A stretch of DNA of 64,000 bases from Eledone cirrhosa (Eukaryota): assembly GCA_964016885.1 (NCBI GenBank), contig CAXHJY010001472.1:682001-746000 (forward strand), written 5' to 3'. Position 1 is the first letter of the stretch, and every line of letters starts with the position of its first letter. Below, piece by piece: positions 1-13,000 of the stretch. The notes under the pieces were generated by a model. That model made no database searches, was not told the origin of the DNA, and saw nothing but the letters and a program-made list of their open reading frames with translations. Both the position numbers and the translations under genes were made by a program.

Positions 1-74
1 CCCCTGATTTTTTTTACAAATTATCTCCCCCTGATTTTTTTTTTACAAATTATCTCCCCCTGATTTTTTTTAAA

Positions 75-680
75 ATGATCTCCCCTTGGACGGCTGGAAA
101 TGATCTCCCCTTGGCTGGTTGGAAATTATCTCCCCTTGGACCGCTAGAAATTATCTCTCCTTGGACGGCTGGAAATTATTTCCCCTTGATTTTTTTTACA
201 AATCTCCCCCTAATTTAAAAAAAAATTATCTCCCCTTCGCTGGCTGGAAATTATCTCCCTTTGGACGGCTGGAAATTATAGCCCCTTGTAGGGCTGGAAA
301 TTATCTCCCCTTGGACGGCTGGAAATTATCTCCCCTTGATTTTTTTTACAAAATATCTCCCCCTGATTTTTTTAAAAATGATCTCCCCTTGGACGGCTGG
401 AAATGATCTCCCCTTGGCTGGTTGGAAATTATCTCCCCTTGGACCGCTAGAAATTATCTCTCCTTGGATGGCTGGAAATTATCTCCCCTTGATTTTTCTA
501 CAAATTATCTCCCCCTGATTTTTTTTACAAATCTCCCAGTGATTTTTAAAAAAAATTTTCTCCCCTTCGCTGGCTGGAAATTATCTCCCCTTGGACGCTG
601 GAAATTATAGCCCCTTGGAAGGCTGGAAATTATCTTCCCATGGACGGCTGGAAATTATCTCCCCTTGATTTTTTTTTACA
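75..680 (+). repeat. 303-bp direct sub-repeat (two diverged copies) at the head of the HOR
   Basis: The ATGATCTCCCCTTGGACGGCTGGAAATGATC...GGTTGG...GGACCGCTAG motif starts at 75 and at 378. ORF-track starts 119/422, 1904/2207, 4990/5293 and others are all 303 bp apart. Confidence 0.9.
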
Positions 681-1859
681 AATTATCTCCCCCTGATTTT
701 TTTTTTACAAATTATCTCCCCCTGATTTTTTTTAACAAATTATCTCCGCCTGATTTTTTTAAAAAAATTATCTCCCCTTGGACGGCTGGAAATTATCTCC
801 CCTTGGACGGCTGGAAATTATCTCCCCTTGGACGGCTAGAAATTACCTCTCCTTGGACGGCTGAAAATTATCTCCCCTTGGACGGCTGCAAATTATCTCC
901 CCTTGATTTTTTTTACAAATTATCTCCCCTTGATTTTTTTTTATAAATTATCTCCCCCTGATTTTTTTTACAAATTATCTTCCCTTGGACGGCTGGAAAT
1001 TATCTCCCCTTGGAAGGATGGAAATTATCTCCCCTTGGACGGCTGGAAATTATCTCCCCTTGCACGGCTGGAAATTATCTCCCCTTGGACAGCTGGAAAT
1101 TATCTGCCCTTGATTTTTTTTTTACAAATTATCTCCCCCTGATTTTTTTTTACAAATTATCTCCCCCTGATTTTTTTTTTACAAATTATCTCCGCCTGAT
1201 TTTTTTTTTAAATTATCTCCCCTTGGACGGCTGGAAATTATCTCCCCTTGGACGGCTGGAAATTATCTTCCCTTGGACGGCTAGAAATTACCTCTCGTTG
1301 GACGGCTGAAAATTATCTCCCCTTGGACGGCTGGAAATTATCTCCCCTTGATTTTTTTACAAATTATCTGCCCCTGATTTTTTTTTACAAATTATCTCCC
1401 CCTGATTTTTTTTTACAAATTATCTCCCCCTGATTTTTTTTTACAAATTATCTCCCCCTGATTTTTTTTTTACAAATTATCTCCCCCTGATTTTTTTACA
1501 AATTATCTCCCCCTGATTTTTTTTACAATCTCCGCCTGATTTTTTAAAAAATTATCTTCCCTTGGCTGGCGGGAAATTATCTCCCCTTGGACGGCTGGAA
1601 ATTATCTCCCCTTGGCTGGAAATTATCTCCCCTTGGACACTGGAAATTATAGCCCCTTGGAGGGCTGGAAATTATCTTCCCTTGGACGGCTGGAAATTAT
1701 CTCCCCTTGATTTTTTTACAAATTATCTGCCCCTGATTTTTTTTTACAAATTATCTCCCCCTGATTTTTTTTTACAAATTATCTACCCCTGATTTTTTTT
1801 ACAAATTATCTCCCCCTGATTTTTTTTTTACAAATTATCTCCCCCTGATTTTTTTAAAA
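75..1859 (+). repeat. Representative ~1,785-bp higher-order repeat unit
   Basis: Offsets of 1785-1786 recur: 119/1904, 336/2121, 4332/6117, 10156/11941, 19230/21016, 52455/54241, 57612/59398. The landmark monomer CTAATTTAAAAAAAAATTATC occurs once per unit. Confidence 0.9.
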
Positions 1860-3475
1860 ATGATCTCCCCTTGGACGGCTGGAAATGATCTCCCCTTGGC
1901 TGGTTGGAAATTATCTCCCCTTGGACCGCTAGAAATTATCTCTCCTTGGACGGCTGGAAATTATTTCCCCTTGATTTTTTTTACAAATCTCCCCTTAATT
2001 TAAAAAAAAATTATCTCCCCTTCGCTGGCTGGAAATTATCTCCCTTTGGACGGCTGGAAATTATAGCCCCTTGTAGGGCTGGAAATTATCTCCCCTTGGA
2101 CGGCTGGAAATTATCTCCCCTTGATTTTTTTTACAAATTATCTCCCCCTGATTTTTTTAAAAATGATCTCCCCTTGGACGGCTGGAAATGATCTCCCCTT
2201 GGCTGGATGGAAATTATCTCCCCTTGGACCGCTAGAAATTATCTCTCCTTGGATGGCTGGAAATTATCTCCCCTTGATTTTTTTACAAATTATCTCCCCC
2301 TGATTTTTTTTACAAATCTCCCAGTGATTTTTAAAAAAAATTTTCTCCCCTTCGCTGGCTGGAAATTATCTCCCCTTGGACGCTGGAAATTATAGCCCCT
2401 TGGAAGGCTGGAAATTATCTTCCCTTGGACGGCTGGAAATTATCTCCCCTTGATTTTTTTTTACAAATTATCTCCCCCTGATTTTTTTTTTTACAAATTA
2501 TCTCCCCCTGATTTTTTTTAACAAATTATCTCCGCCTGATTTTTTTAAAAAAATTATCTCCCCTTGGACGGCTGGAAATTATCTCCCCTTGGACGGCTGG
2601 AAATTATCTCCCCTTGGACGGCTAGAAATTACCTCTCCTTGGACGGCTGAAAATTATCTCCCCTTGGACGGCTGCAAATTATCTCCCCTTGATTTTTTTT
2701 ACAAATTATCTCCCCTTGATTTTTTTTTACAAATTATCTCCCCCTGATTTTTTTTACAAATTATCTTCCCTTGGACGGCTGGAAATTATCTCCCCTTGGA
2801 AGGATGGAAATTATCTCCCCTTGGACGGCTGGAAATTATCTCCCCTTGCACGGCTGGAAATTATCTCCCCGTGGACAGCTGGAAATTATCTGCCCTTGAT
2901 TTTGTTTTTACAAATTATCTCCCCCTGATTTTTTTTACAAATTATCTCCACCTGATTTTTTTAAAAATTATCTCCCCTTGGACGGCTGGAAATTATCTCC
3001 CCTTGGCTGGAAATTATCTCCCCTTGGACGGCTAGAAATTATCTCTCTTTGGACGGCTGGAAATTATCTCCCTTTGATTTTTTTAACAAATTATCTCCCT
3101 CTGATTTTTTTTACAAATCTCCCCCTGATTTTTTTAAAAAAATTATCTCCCCTTCGCTGGCTGGAAATTATCTCCCCTTGGACACTGGAAATTATAGCCC
3201 CCTGGAGGGCTGGAAATTATCTTCCCTTGGACGGCTGGAAATTATCTCCCCTTGATTTTTTTTACAAATTATCTCCCCCTGATTTTTTTTTACAAATTAT
3301 CTCCCCCTGATTTTTTTTACAAATTATCTCCCCCTGATTTTTTTTTACAAATTATCTCCCCCTGATATTTTTTTTACAAATTATCTCCGCCTGATTTTTT
3401 TAAAAAAATTATCTCCCCTTGGACGGCTGGAAATTATCTCCCCTTGGACGGCTGGAAATTATCTCCCCTTGGACG

Positions 3476-4363
3476 GCTAGAAATTACCTCTCCTTGGACG
3501 GCTGAAAATTATCTCCCCTTGGACGGCTGCAAATTATCTCCCCTTGATTTTTTTTACAAATTATCTCCCCTTGATTTTTTTTTATAAATTATCTCCCCCT
3601 GATTTTTTTTACAAATTATCTTCCCTTGGACGGCTGGAAATTATCTCCCCTTGGAAGGATGGAAATTATCTCCCCTTGGACGGCTGGAAATTATCTCCCC
3701 TTGCACGGCTGGAAATTATCTCCCCTTGGACAGCTGGAAATTATCTGCCCTTGATTTTTTTTTACAAATTATCTCCCCCTGATTTTTTTTTACAAATTAT
3801 CTCCCCCTGATTTTTTTTTTACAAATTATCTCCGCCTGATTTTTTTTTAAAATTATCTCCCCTTGGACGGCTGGAAATTATCTCCCCTTGGACGGCTGGA
3901 AATTATCTTCCCTTGGACGGCTAGAAATTACCTCTCCTTGGACGGCTGAAAATTATCTCCCCTTGGACGGCTGCAAATTATCTCCCCTTGATTTTTTTTA
4001 CAAATTATCTCCCCTTGATTTTTTTTTATATATTATCTCCCCCTGATTTTTTTTACAAATTATCTTCCCTTGGACGGCTGGAAATTATCTCCCCTTGGAA
4101 GGATGGAAATTATCTCCCCTTGGACGGCTGGAAATTATCTCCCCTTGCACGGCTGGAAATTATCTCCCCTTGGACAGCTGGAAATTATCTGCCCTTGATT
4201 TTTTTTTACAAATTATCTCCCCCTGATTTTTTTTTACAAATTATCTCCCCCTGATTTTTTTTTTACAAATTATCTCCGCCTGATTTTTTTTTAAAATTAT
4301 CTCCCCTTGGACGGCTGAAAATTATCTCCCCTTGGACGGCTGGAAATTATCTTCCCTTGGACG
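3476..4363 (+). repeat. 444-bp tandem duplication (also at ~13513-14400)
   Basis: ORF starts 3544/3988 and 13581/14025 differ by 444. The marker CTAGAAATTACC recurs at ~3477, ~3921 and ~4365. Confidence 0.85.
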
Positions 4364-7300
4364 GCTAGAAATTACCTCTCCTTGGACGGCTGAAAATTAT
4401 CTCCCCTTGGACGGCTGGAAATTATCTCCCCTTGATTTTTTTACAAATTATCTGCCCCTGATTTTTTTTTACAAATTATCTCCCCCTGATTTTTTTTTAC
4501 AAATTATCTCCCCCTGATTTTTTTTTACAAATTATCTCCCCCTGATTTTTTTTTTACAAATTATCTCCCCCTGATTTTTTTACAAATTATCTCCCCCTGA
4601 TTTTTTTTACAATCTCCGCCTGATTTTTTAAAAAATTATCTTCCCTTGGCTGGCGGGAAATTATCTCCCCTTGGACGGCTGGAAATTATCTCCCCTTGGC
4701 TGGAAATTATCTCCCCTTGGACACTGGAAATTATAGCCCCTTGGAGGGCTGGAAATTATCTTCCCTTGGACGGCTGGAAATTATCTCCTCTTGATTTTTT
4801 TACAAATTATCTGCCCCTGATTTTTTTTTTACAAATTATCTCCCCCTGATTTTTTTTTTACAAATTATCTACCCCTGATTTTTTTTACAAATTATCTCCC
4901 CCTGATTATTTTTTTACAAATTATCTCCCCCTGATTTTTTAAAAAATGATCTCCCCTTGGACGGCTGGAAATGATCTCCCCTTGGCTGGTTGGAAATTAT
5001 CTCCCCTTGGACCGCTAGAAATTATCTCTCCTTGGACGGCTGGAAATTATTTCCCCTTGATTTTTATTACAAATCTCCCCCTAATTTAAAAAAAAATTAT
5101 CTCCCCTTCGCTGGCTGGAAATTATCTCCCTTTGGACGGCTGGAAATTATAGCCCCTTGTAGGGCTGGAAATTATCTCCCCTTGGACGGCTGGAAATTAT
5201 CTCCCCTTGATTTTTTTTACAAATTATCTCCCCCTGATTTTTTTAAAAATGATCTCCCCTTGGACGGCTGGAAATGATCTCCCCTTGGCTGGTTGGAAAT
5301 TATCTCCCCTTGGACCGCTAGAAATTATCTCTCCTTGGATGGCTGGAAATTATCTCCCCTTGATTTTTTTACAAATTATCTCCCCCTGATTTTTTTTACA
5401 AATCTCCCAGTGATTTTTAAAAAAAATTTTCTCCCCTTCGCTGGCTGGAAATTATCTCCCCTTGGACGCTGGAAATTATAGCCCCTTGGAAGGCTGGAAA
5501 TTATCTTCCCTTGGACGGCTGGAAATTATCTCCCCTTGATTTTTTTTTACAAATTATCTCCCCCTGATTTTTTTTTTACAAATTATCTCCCCCTGATTTT
5601 TTTTAACAAATTATCTCCGCCTGATTTTTTTAAAAAAATTATCTCCCCTTGGACGGCTGGAAATTATCTCCCCTTGGACGGCTGGAAATTATCTCCCCTT
5701 GGACGGCTAGAAATTACCTCTCCTTGGATGGCTGAAAATTATCTCCCCTTGGACGGCTGCAAATTATCTCCCCTTGATTTTTTTTACAAATTATCTCCCC
5801 TTGATTTTTTTTATAAATTATCTCCCCCTGATTTTTTTTACAAATTATCTTCCCTTGGACGGCTGGAAATTATCTCCCCTTGGAAGGATGGAAATTATCT
5901 CCCCTTGGACGGCTGGAAATTATCTCCCCTTGCACGGCTGGAAATTATCTCCCCTTGGACAGCTGGAAATTATCTGCCCTTGATTTTTTTTTACAAATTA
6001 TCTCCCCCTGATTTTTTTTTACAAATTATCTCCCCCTGATTTTTTTTTTACAAATTATCTCCGCCTGATTTTTTTTTTAAATTATCTCCCCTTGGACGGC
6101 TGGAAATTATCTCCCCTTGGACGGCTGGAAATTATCTTCCCTTGGACGGCTAGAAATTACCTCTCCTTGGACGGCTGAAAATTATCTCCCCTTGGACGGC
6201 TGGAAATTATCTCCCCTTGATTTTTTTACAAATTATCTGCCCCTGATTTTTTTTTACAAATTATCTCCCCCTGATTTTTTTTTACAAATTATCTCCCCCT
6301 GATTTTTTTTTACTAATTATCTCCCCCTGATTTTTTTTTTACAAATTATCTCCCCCTGATTTTTTTACAAATTATCTCCCCCTGATTTTTTTTACAATCT
6401 CCGCCTGATTTTTTAAAAAATTATCTTCCCTTGGCTGGCGGGAAATTATCTCCCCTTGGACGGTTGGAAATTATCTCCCCTTGGCTGGAAATTATCTCCC
6501 CTTGGACACTGGAAATTATAGCCCCTTGGAGGGCTGGAAATTATCTTCCCTTGGACGGCTGGAAATTACCTCCCCTTGATTTTTTTTTACAAATTATCTC
6601 CCCCTGATTTTTTTTTTACAAATTATCTCCGCCTGATTTTTTTAAAAAAATTATCTCCCCTTGGACGGCTGGAAATTATCTCCCCTTGGACGGCTGGAAA
6701 TTATCTCCCCTTGGACGGCTAGAAATTATCTCCCCTTGATTTTTTTTACAAATTATCTCCCCTTGATTTTTTTTTATAAATTATCTCCCCCTGATTTTTT
6801 TTACAAATTATCTTACCTTGGACGGCTGGAAATTATCTCCCCTTGGAAGGATGGAAATTATCTCCCCTTGGACGGCTGGAAATTATCTCCCCTTGCACGG
6901 CTGGAAATTATCTCCCCTTGGACAGCTGGAAATTATCTGCCCTTGATTTTTTTTTACAAATTATCTCCCCCTGATTTTTTTTTACAAATTATCTCCCCCT
7001 GATTTTTTTTTTACAAATTATCTCCGCCTGATTTTTTTTTTAAATTATCTCCCCTTGGACGGCTGGAAATTATCTCCCCTTGGACGGCTGGAAATTATCT
7101 TCCCTTGGACGGCTAGAAATTACCTCTCCTTGGACAGCTGGAAATTATCTGCCCTTGATTTTGTTTTTACAAATTATCTCCCCCTGATTTTTTTTACAAA
7201 TTATCTCCACCTGATTTTTAAAAAAATTATCTCCCCTTGGACGGCTGGAAATTATCTCCCCTTGGCTGGAAATTATCTCCCCTTGGACGGCTAGAAATTA

Positions 7301-10037
7301 TCTCTCTTTGGACGGCTGGAAATTATCTCCCTTTGATTTTTTTAACAAATTATCTCCCTCTGATTTTTTTTACAAATCTCCCCCTGATTTTTTTAAAAAA
7401 ATTATCTCCCCTTCGCTGGCTGGAAATTATCTCCCCTTGGACACTGGAAATTATAGCCCCCTGGAGGGCTGGAAATTATCTTCCCTTGGACGGCTGGAAA
7501 TTATCTCCCCTTGATTTTTTTTACAAATTATCTCCCCCTGATTTTTTTTTACAAATTATCTCCCCCTGATATTTTTTTTACAAATTATCTCCGCCTGATT
7601 TTTTTAAAAAAATTATCTCCCCTTGGACTGCTGGAAATTATCTCCCCTTGGACGGCTGGAAATTATCTCCCCTTGGACGGCTAGAAATTACCTCTCCTTG
7701 GACGGCTGAAAATTATCTCCCCTTGGACGGCTGCAAATTATCTCCCCTTGATTTTTATTACAAATTATCTCCCCTTGATTTTTTTTTATAAATTATCTCC
7801 CCCTGATTTTTTTTACAAATTATCTTCCCTTGGACGGCTGGAAATTATCTCCCCTTGGAAGGATGGAAATTATCTCCCCTTGGACGGCTGGAAATTATCT
7901 CCCCTTGCACGGCTGGAAATTATCTCCCCTTGGACAGCTGGAAATTATCTGCCCTTGATTTTTTTTTACAAATTATCTCCCCCTGATTTTTTTTTACAAA
8001 TTATCTCCCCCTGATTTTTTTTTTACAAATTATCTCCGCCTGATTTTTTTTAAAAATTATCTCCCCTTGGACGGCTGGAAATTATCTCCCCTTGGACGGC
8101 TGGAAATTATCTTCCCTTGGACGGCTAGAAATTACCTCTCCTTGGACGGCTGAAAATTATCTCCCCTTGGACGGCTGGAAATTATCTCCCCTTGATTTTT
8201 TTACAAATTATCTGCCCCTGATTTTTTTTTACAAATTATCTCCCCCTGATTTTTTTTTACAAATTATCTCCCCCTGATTTTTTTTTACTAATTATCTCCC
8301 CCTGATTTTTTTTTTACAAATTATCTCCCCCTGATTTTTTTACAAATTATCTCCCCCTGATTTTTTTTACAATCTCCGCCTGATTTTTTAAAAAATTATC
8401 TTCCCTTGGCTGGCGGGAAATTATCTCCCCTTGGACGGTTGGAAATTATCTCCCCTTGGCTGGAAATTATCTCCCCTTGGACACTGGAAATTATAGCCCC
8501 TTGGAGGGCTGGAAATTATCTTCCCTTGGACGGCTGGAAATTATCTCCCCTTGATTTTTTTACAAATTATCTGCCCCTGATTTTTTTTTTACAAATTATC
8601 TCCCCCTGATTTTTTTTTACAAATTATCTACCCCTGATTTTTTTTACAAATTATCTCCCCCTGATTTTTTTTTTACAAATTATCTCCCCCTGATTTTTTT
8701 AAAAATGATCTCCCCTTGGACGGCTGGAAATGATCTCCCTTTGGCTGGTTGGAAATTATCTCCCCTTGGACCGCTAGAAATTATCTCTCCTTGGACGGCT
8801 GGAAATTATTTCCCCTTGATTTTTTTTACAAATCTCCCCCTAATTTAAAAAAAAATTATCTCCCCTTCGCTGGCTGGAAATTATCTCCCTTTGGACGGCT
8901 GGAAATTATAGCCCCTTGTAGGGCTGGAAATTATCTCCCCTTGGACGGCTGGAAATTATCTCCCCTTGATTTTTTTTACAAATTATCTCCCCCTGATTTT
9001 TTTAAAAATGATCTCCCCTTGGACGGCTGGAAATGATCTCCCCTTGGCTGGTTGGAAATTATCTCCCCTTGGACCGCTAGAAATTATCTCTCCTTGGATG
9101 GCTGGAAATTATCTCCCCTTGATTTTTTTACAAATTATCTCCCCCTGATTTTTTTTACAAATTATCTCCGCCTGATTTTTTAAAAAAAATTATCTCCCCT
9201 TGGACGGCTGGAAATTATCTCCCCTTGGACGGCTGGAAATTATCTCCCCTTGGACGGCTAGAAATTACCTCTCCTTGGACGGCTGAAAATTATCTCCCCT
9301 TGGACGGCTGCAAATTATCTCCCCTTGATTTTTTTTACAAATTATCTCCCCTTGATTTTTTTTTACAAATTATCTCCCCCTGATTTTTTTTACAAATTAT
9401 CTTCCCTTGGACGGCTGGAAATTATCTCCGCTTGGAAGGATGGAAATTATCTCCCCTTGGACGGCTGGAAATTATCTCCCCTTGCACGGCTGGAAATTAT
9501 CTCCCCTTGGACAGCTGGAAATTATCTGCCCTTGATTTTGTTTTTACAAATTATCTCCCCCTGATTTTTTTTACAAATTATCTCCACCTGATTTTTTTAA
9601 AAATTATCTCCCCTTGGACGGCTGGAAATTATCTCCCCTTGGACGGCTAGAAATTATCTCTCTTTGGACGGCTGGAAATTATCTCCCTTTGATTTTTTAA
9701 CAAATTATCTCCCTCTGATTTTTTTTACAAATCTCCCCCTGATTTTTTTACAAATTATCTCCCCCTGATTTTTTTTACAATCTCCGCCTGATTTTTTAAA
9801 AAATTATCTTCCCTTGGCTGGCGGGAAATTATCTCCCCTTGGACGGCTGGAAATTTTCTCCCCTTGGCTGGAAATTATCTCCCCTTGGACACTGGAAATT
9901 ATAGCCCCTTGGAGGGCTGGAAATTATCTTCCCTTGGACGGCTGGAAATTATCTCCCCTTGATTTTTTTACAAATTATCTGCCCCTGATTTTTTTTTACA
10001 AATTATCTCCCCCTGATTTTTTTTTACAAATTATCTA

Positions 10038-13000
10038 CCCCTGATTTTTTTTACAAATTATCTCCCCCTGATTTTTTTTTTACAAATTATCTCCCCCTGA
10101 TTTTTTTAAAAATGATCTCCCCTTGGACGGCTGGAAATGATCTCCCCTTGGCTGGTTGGAAATTATCTCCCCTTGGACCGCTAGAAATTATCTCTCCTTG
10201 GACGGCTGGAAATTATTTCCCCTTGATTTTTTTTACAAATCTCCCCCTAATTTAAAAAAAAATTATCTCCCCTTCGCTGGCTGGAAATTATCTCCCTTTG
10301 GACGGCTGGAAATTATAGCCCCTTGTAGGGCTGGAAATTATCTCCCCTTGGACGGCTGGAAATTATCTCCCCTTGATTTTTTTTACAAAATATCTCCCCC
10401 TGATTTTTTTAAAAATGATCTCCCCTTGGACGGCTGGAAATGATCTCCCCTTGGCTGGTTGGAAATTATCTCCCCTTGGACCGCTAGAAATTATCTCTCC
10501 TTGGATGGCTGGAAATTATCTCCCCTTGATTTTTCTACAAATTATCTCCCCCTGATTTTTTTTACAAATCTCCCAGTGATTTTTAAAAAAAATTTTCTCC
10601 CCTTCGCTGGCTGGAAATTATCTCCCCTTGGACGCTGGAAATTATAGCCCCTTGGAAGGCTGGAAATTATCTTCCCATGGACGGCTGGAAATTATCTCCC
10701 CTTGATTTTTTTTTACAAATTATCTCCCCCTGATTTTTTTTTTACAAATTATCTCCCCCTGATTTTTTTTAACAAATTATCTCCGCCTGATTTTTTTAAA
10801 AAAATTATCTCCCCTTGGACGGCTGGAAATTATCTCCCCTTGGACGGCTGGAAATTATCTCCCCTTGGACGGCTAGAAATTACCTCTCCTTGGACGGCTG
10901 AAAATTATCTCCCCTTGGACGGCTGCAAATTATCTCCCCTTGATTTTTTTTACAAATTATCTCCCCTTGATTTTTTTTTATAAATTATCTCCCCCTGATT
11001 TTTTTTACAAATTATCTTCCCTTGGACGGCTGGAAATTATCTCCCCTTGGAAGGATGGAAATTATCTCCCCTTGGACGGCTGGAAATTATCTCCCCTTGC
11101 ACGGCTGGAAATTATCTCCCCTTGGACAGCTGGAAATTATCTGCCCTTGATTTTTTTTTTACAAATTATCTCCCCCTGATTTTTTTTTACAAATTATCTC
11201 CCCCTGATTTTTTTTTTACAAATTATCTCCGCCTGATTTTTTTTTTAAATTATCTCCCCTTGGACGGCTGGAAATTATCTCCCCTTGGACGGCTGGAAAT
11301 TATCTTCCCTTGGACGGCTAGAAATTACCTCTCCTTGGACGGCTGAAAATTATCTCCCCTTGGACGGCTGGAAATTATCTCCCCTTGATTTTTTTACAAA
11401 TTATCTGCCCCTGATTTTTTTTTACAAATTATCTCCCCCTGATTTTTTTTTACAAATTATCTCCCCCTGATTTTTTTTTACAAATTATCTCCCCCTGATT
11501 TTTTTTTTACAAATTATCTCCCCCTGATTTTTTTACAAATTATCTCCCCCTGATTTTTTTTACAATCTCCGCCTGATTTTTTAAAAAATTATCTTCCCTT
11601 GGCTGGCGGGAAATTATCTCCCCTTGGACGGCTGGAAATTATCTCCCCTTGGCTGGAAATTATCTCCCCTTGGACACTGGAAATTATAGCCCCTTGGAGG
11701 GCTGGAAATTATCTTCCCTTGGACGGCTGGAAATTATCTCCCCTTGATTTTTTTACAAATTATCTGCCCCTGATTTTTTTTTACAAATTATCTCCCCCTG
11801 ATTTTTTTTTACAAATTATCTACCCCTGATTTTTTTTACAAATTATCTCCCCCTGATTTTTTTTTTACAAATTATCTCCCCCTGATTTTTTTAAAAATGA
11901 TCTCCCCTTGGACGGCTGGAAATGATCTCCCCTTGGCTGGTTGGAAATTATCTCCCCTTGGACCGCTAGAAATTATCTCTCCTTGGACGGCTGGAAATTA
12001 TTTCCCCTTGATTTTTTTTACAAATCTCCCCTTAATTTAAAAAAAAATTATCTCCCCTTCGCTGGCTGGAAATTATCTCCCTTTGGACGGCTGGAAATTA
12101 TAGCCCCTTGTAGGGCTGGAAATTATCTCCCCTTGGACGGCTGGAAATTATCTCCCCTTGATTTTTTTTACAAATTATCTCCCCCTGATTTTTTTAAAAA
12201 TGATCTCCCCTTGGACGGCTGGAAATGATCTCCCCTTGGCTGGATGGAAATTATCTCCCCTTGGACCGCTAGAAATTATCTCTCCTTGGATGGCTGGAAA
12301 TTATCTCCCCTTGATTTTTTTACAAATTATCTCCCCCTGATTTTTTTTACAAATCTCCCAGTGATTTTTAAAAAAAATTTTCTCCCCTTCGCTGGCTGGA
12401 AATTATCTCCCCTTGGACGCTGGAAATTATAGCCCCTTGGAAGGCTGGAAATTATCTTCCCTTGGACGGCTGGAAATTATCTCCCCTTGATTTTTTTTTA
12501 CAAATTATCTCCCCCTGATTTTTTTTTTTACAAATTATCTCCCCCTGATTTTTTTTAACAAATTATCTCCGCCTGATTTTTTTAAAAAAATTATCTCCCC
12601 TTGGACGGCTGGAAATTATCTCCCCTTGGACGGCTGGAAATTATCTCCCCTTGGACGGCTAGAAATTACCTCTCCTTGGACGGCTGAAAATTATCTCCCC
12701 TTGGACGGCTGCAAATTATCTCCCCTTGATTTTTTTTACAAATTATCTCCCCTTGATTTTTTTTTACAAATTATCTCCCCCTGATTTTTTTTACAAATTA
12801 TCTTCCCTTGGACGGCTGGAAATTATCTCCCCTTGGAAGGATGGAAATTATCTCCCCTTGGACGGCTGGAAATTATCTCCCCTTGCACGGCTGGAAATTA
12901 TCTCCCCGTGGACAGCTGGAAATTATCTGCCCTTGATTTTGTTTTTACAAATTATCTCCCCCTGATTTTTTTTACAAATTATCTCCACCTGATTTTTTTA

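Larger units (their letters stand above)
1..10037 (+). repeat. ~10-kb block, copy 1 (offset 10,037 to the next copy)
   Basis: ORF-track entries 119..6117 recur at exactly +10,037 (10156..16154). Rare variants are shared: CTTCCCATGG (~640/~10677), CCCGTGGACAG (~2871/~12908), TATATTATC (~4030/~14066), CTCCTCTTG (~4789/~14825). Confidence 0.9.

Noticed and set aside
1340-1550. T-tracts as intrinsic or Pol III terminators, or retroposed poly(A) tails
   Set aside because: There is no GC-rich hairpin before the tracts, no upstream gene or A/B box, and no target-site duplications. The tracts are an integral part of the B monomer.
1571-1586. NF-kB/Rel-like site (GGGAAATTATCTCCCC)
   Set aside because: The half-sites are spaced further apart than in the 10-11 bp GGGRNWYYCC consensus. 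It is kept only as a generic dyad observation.
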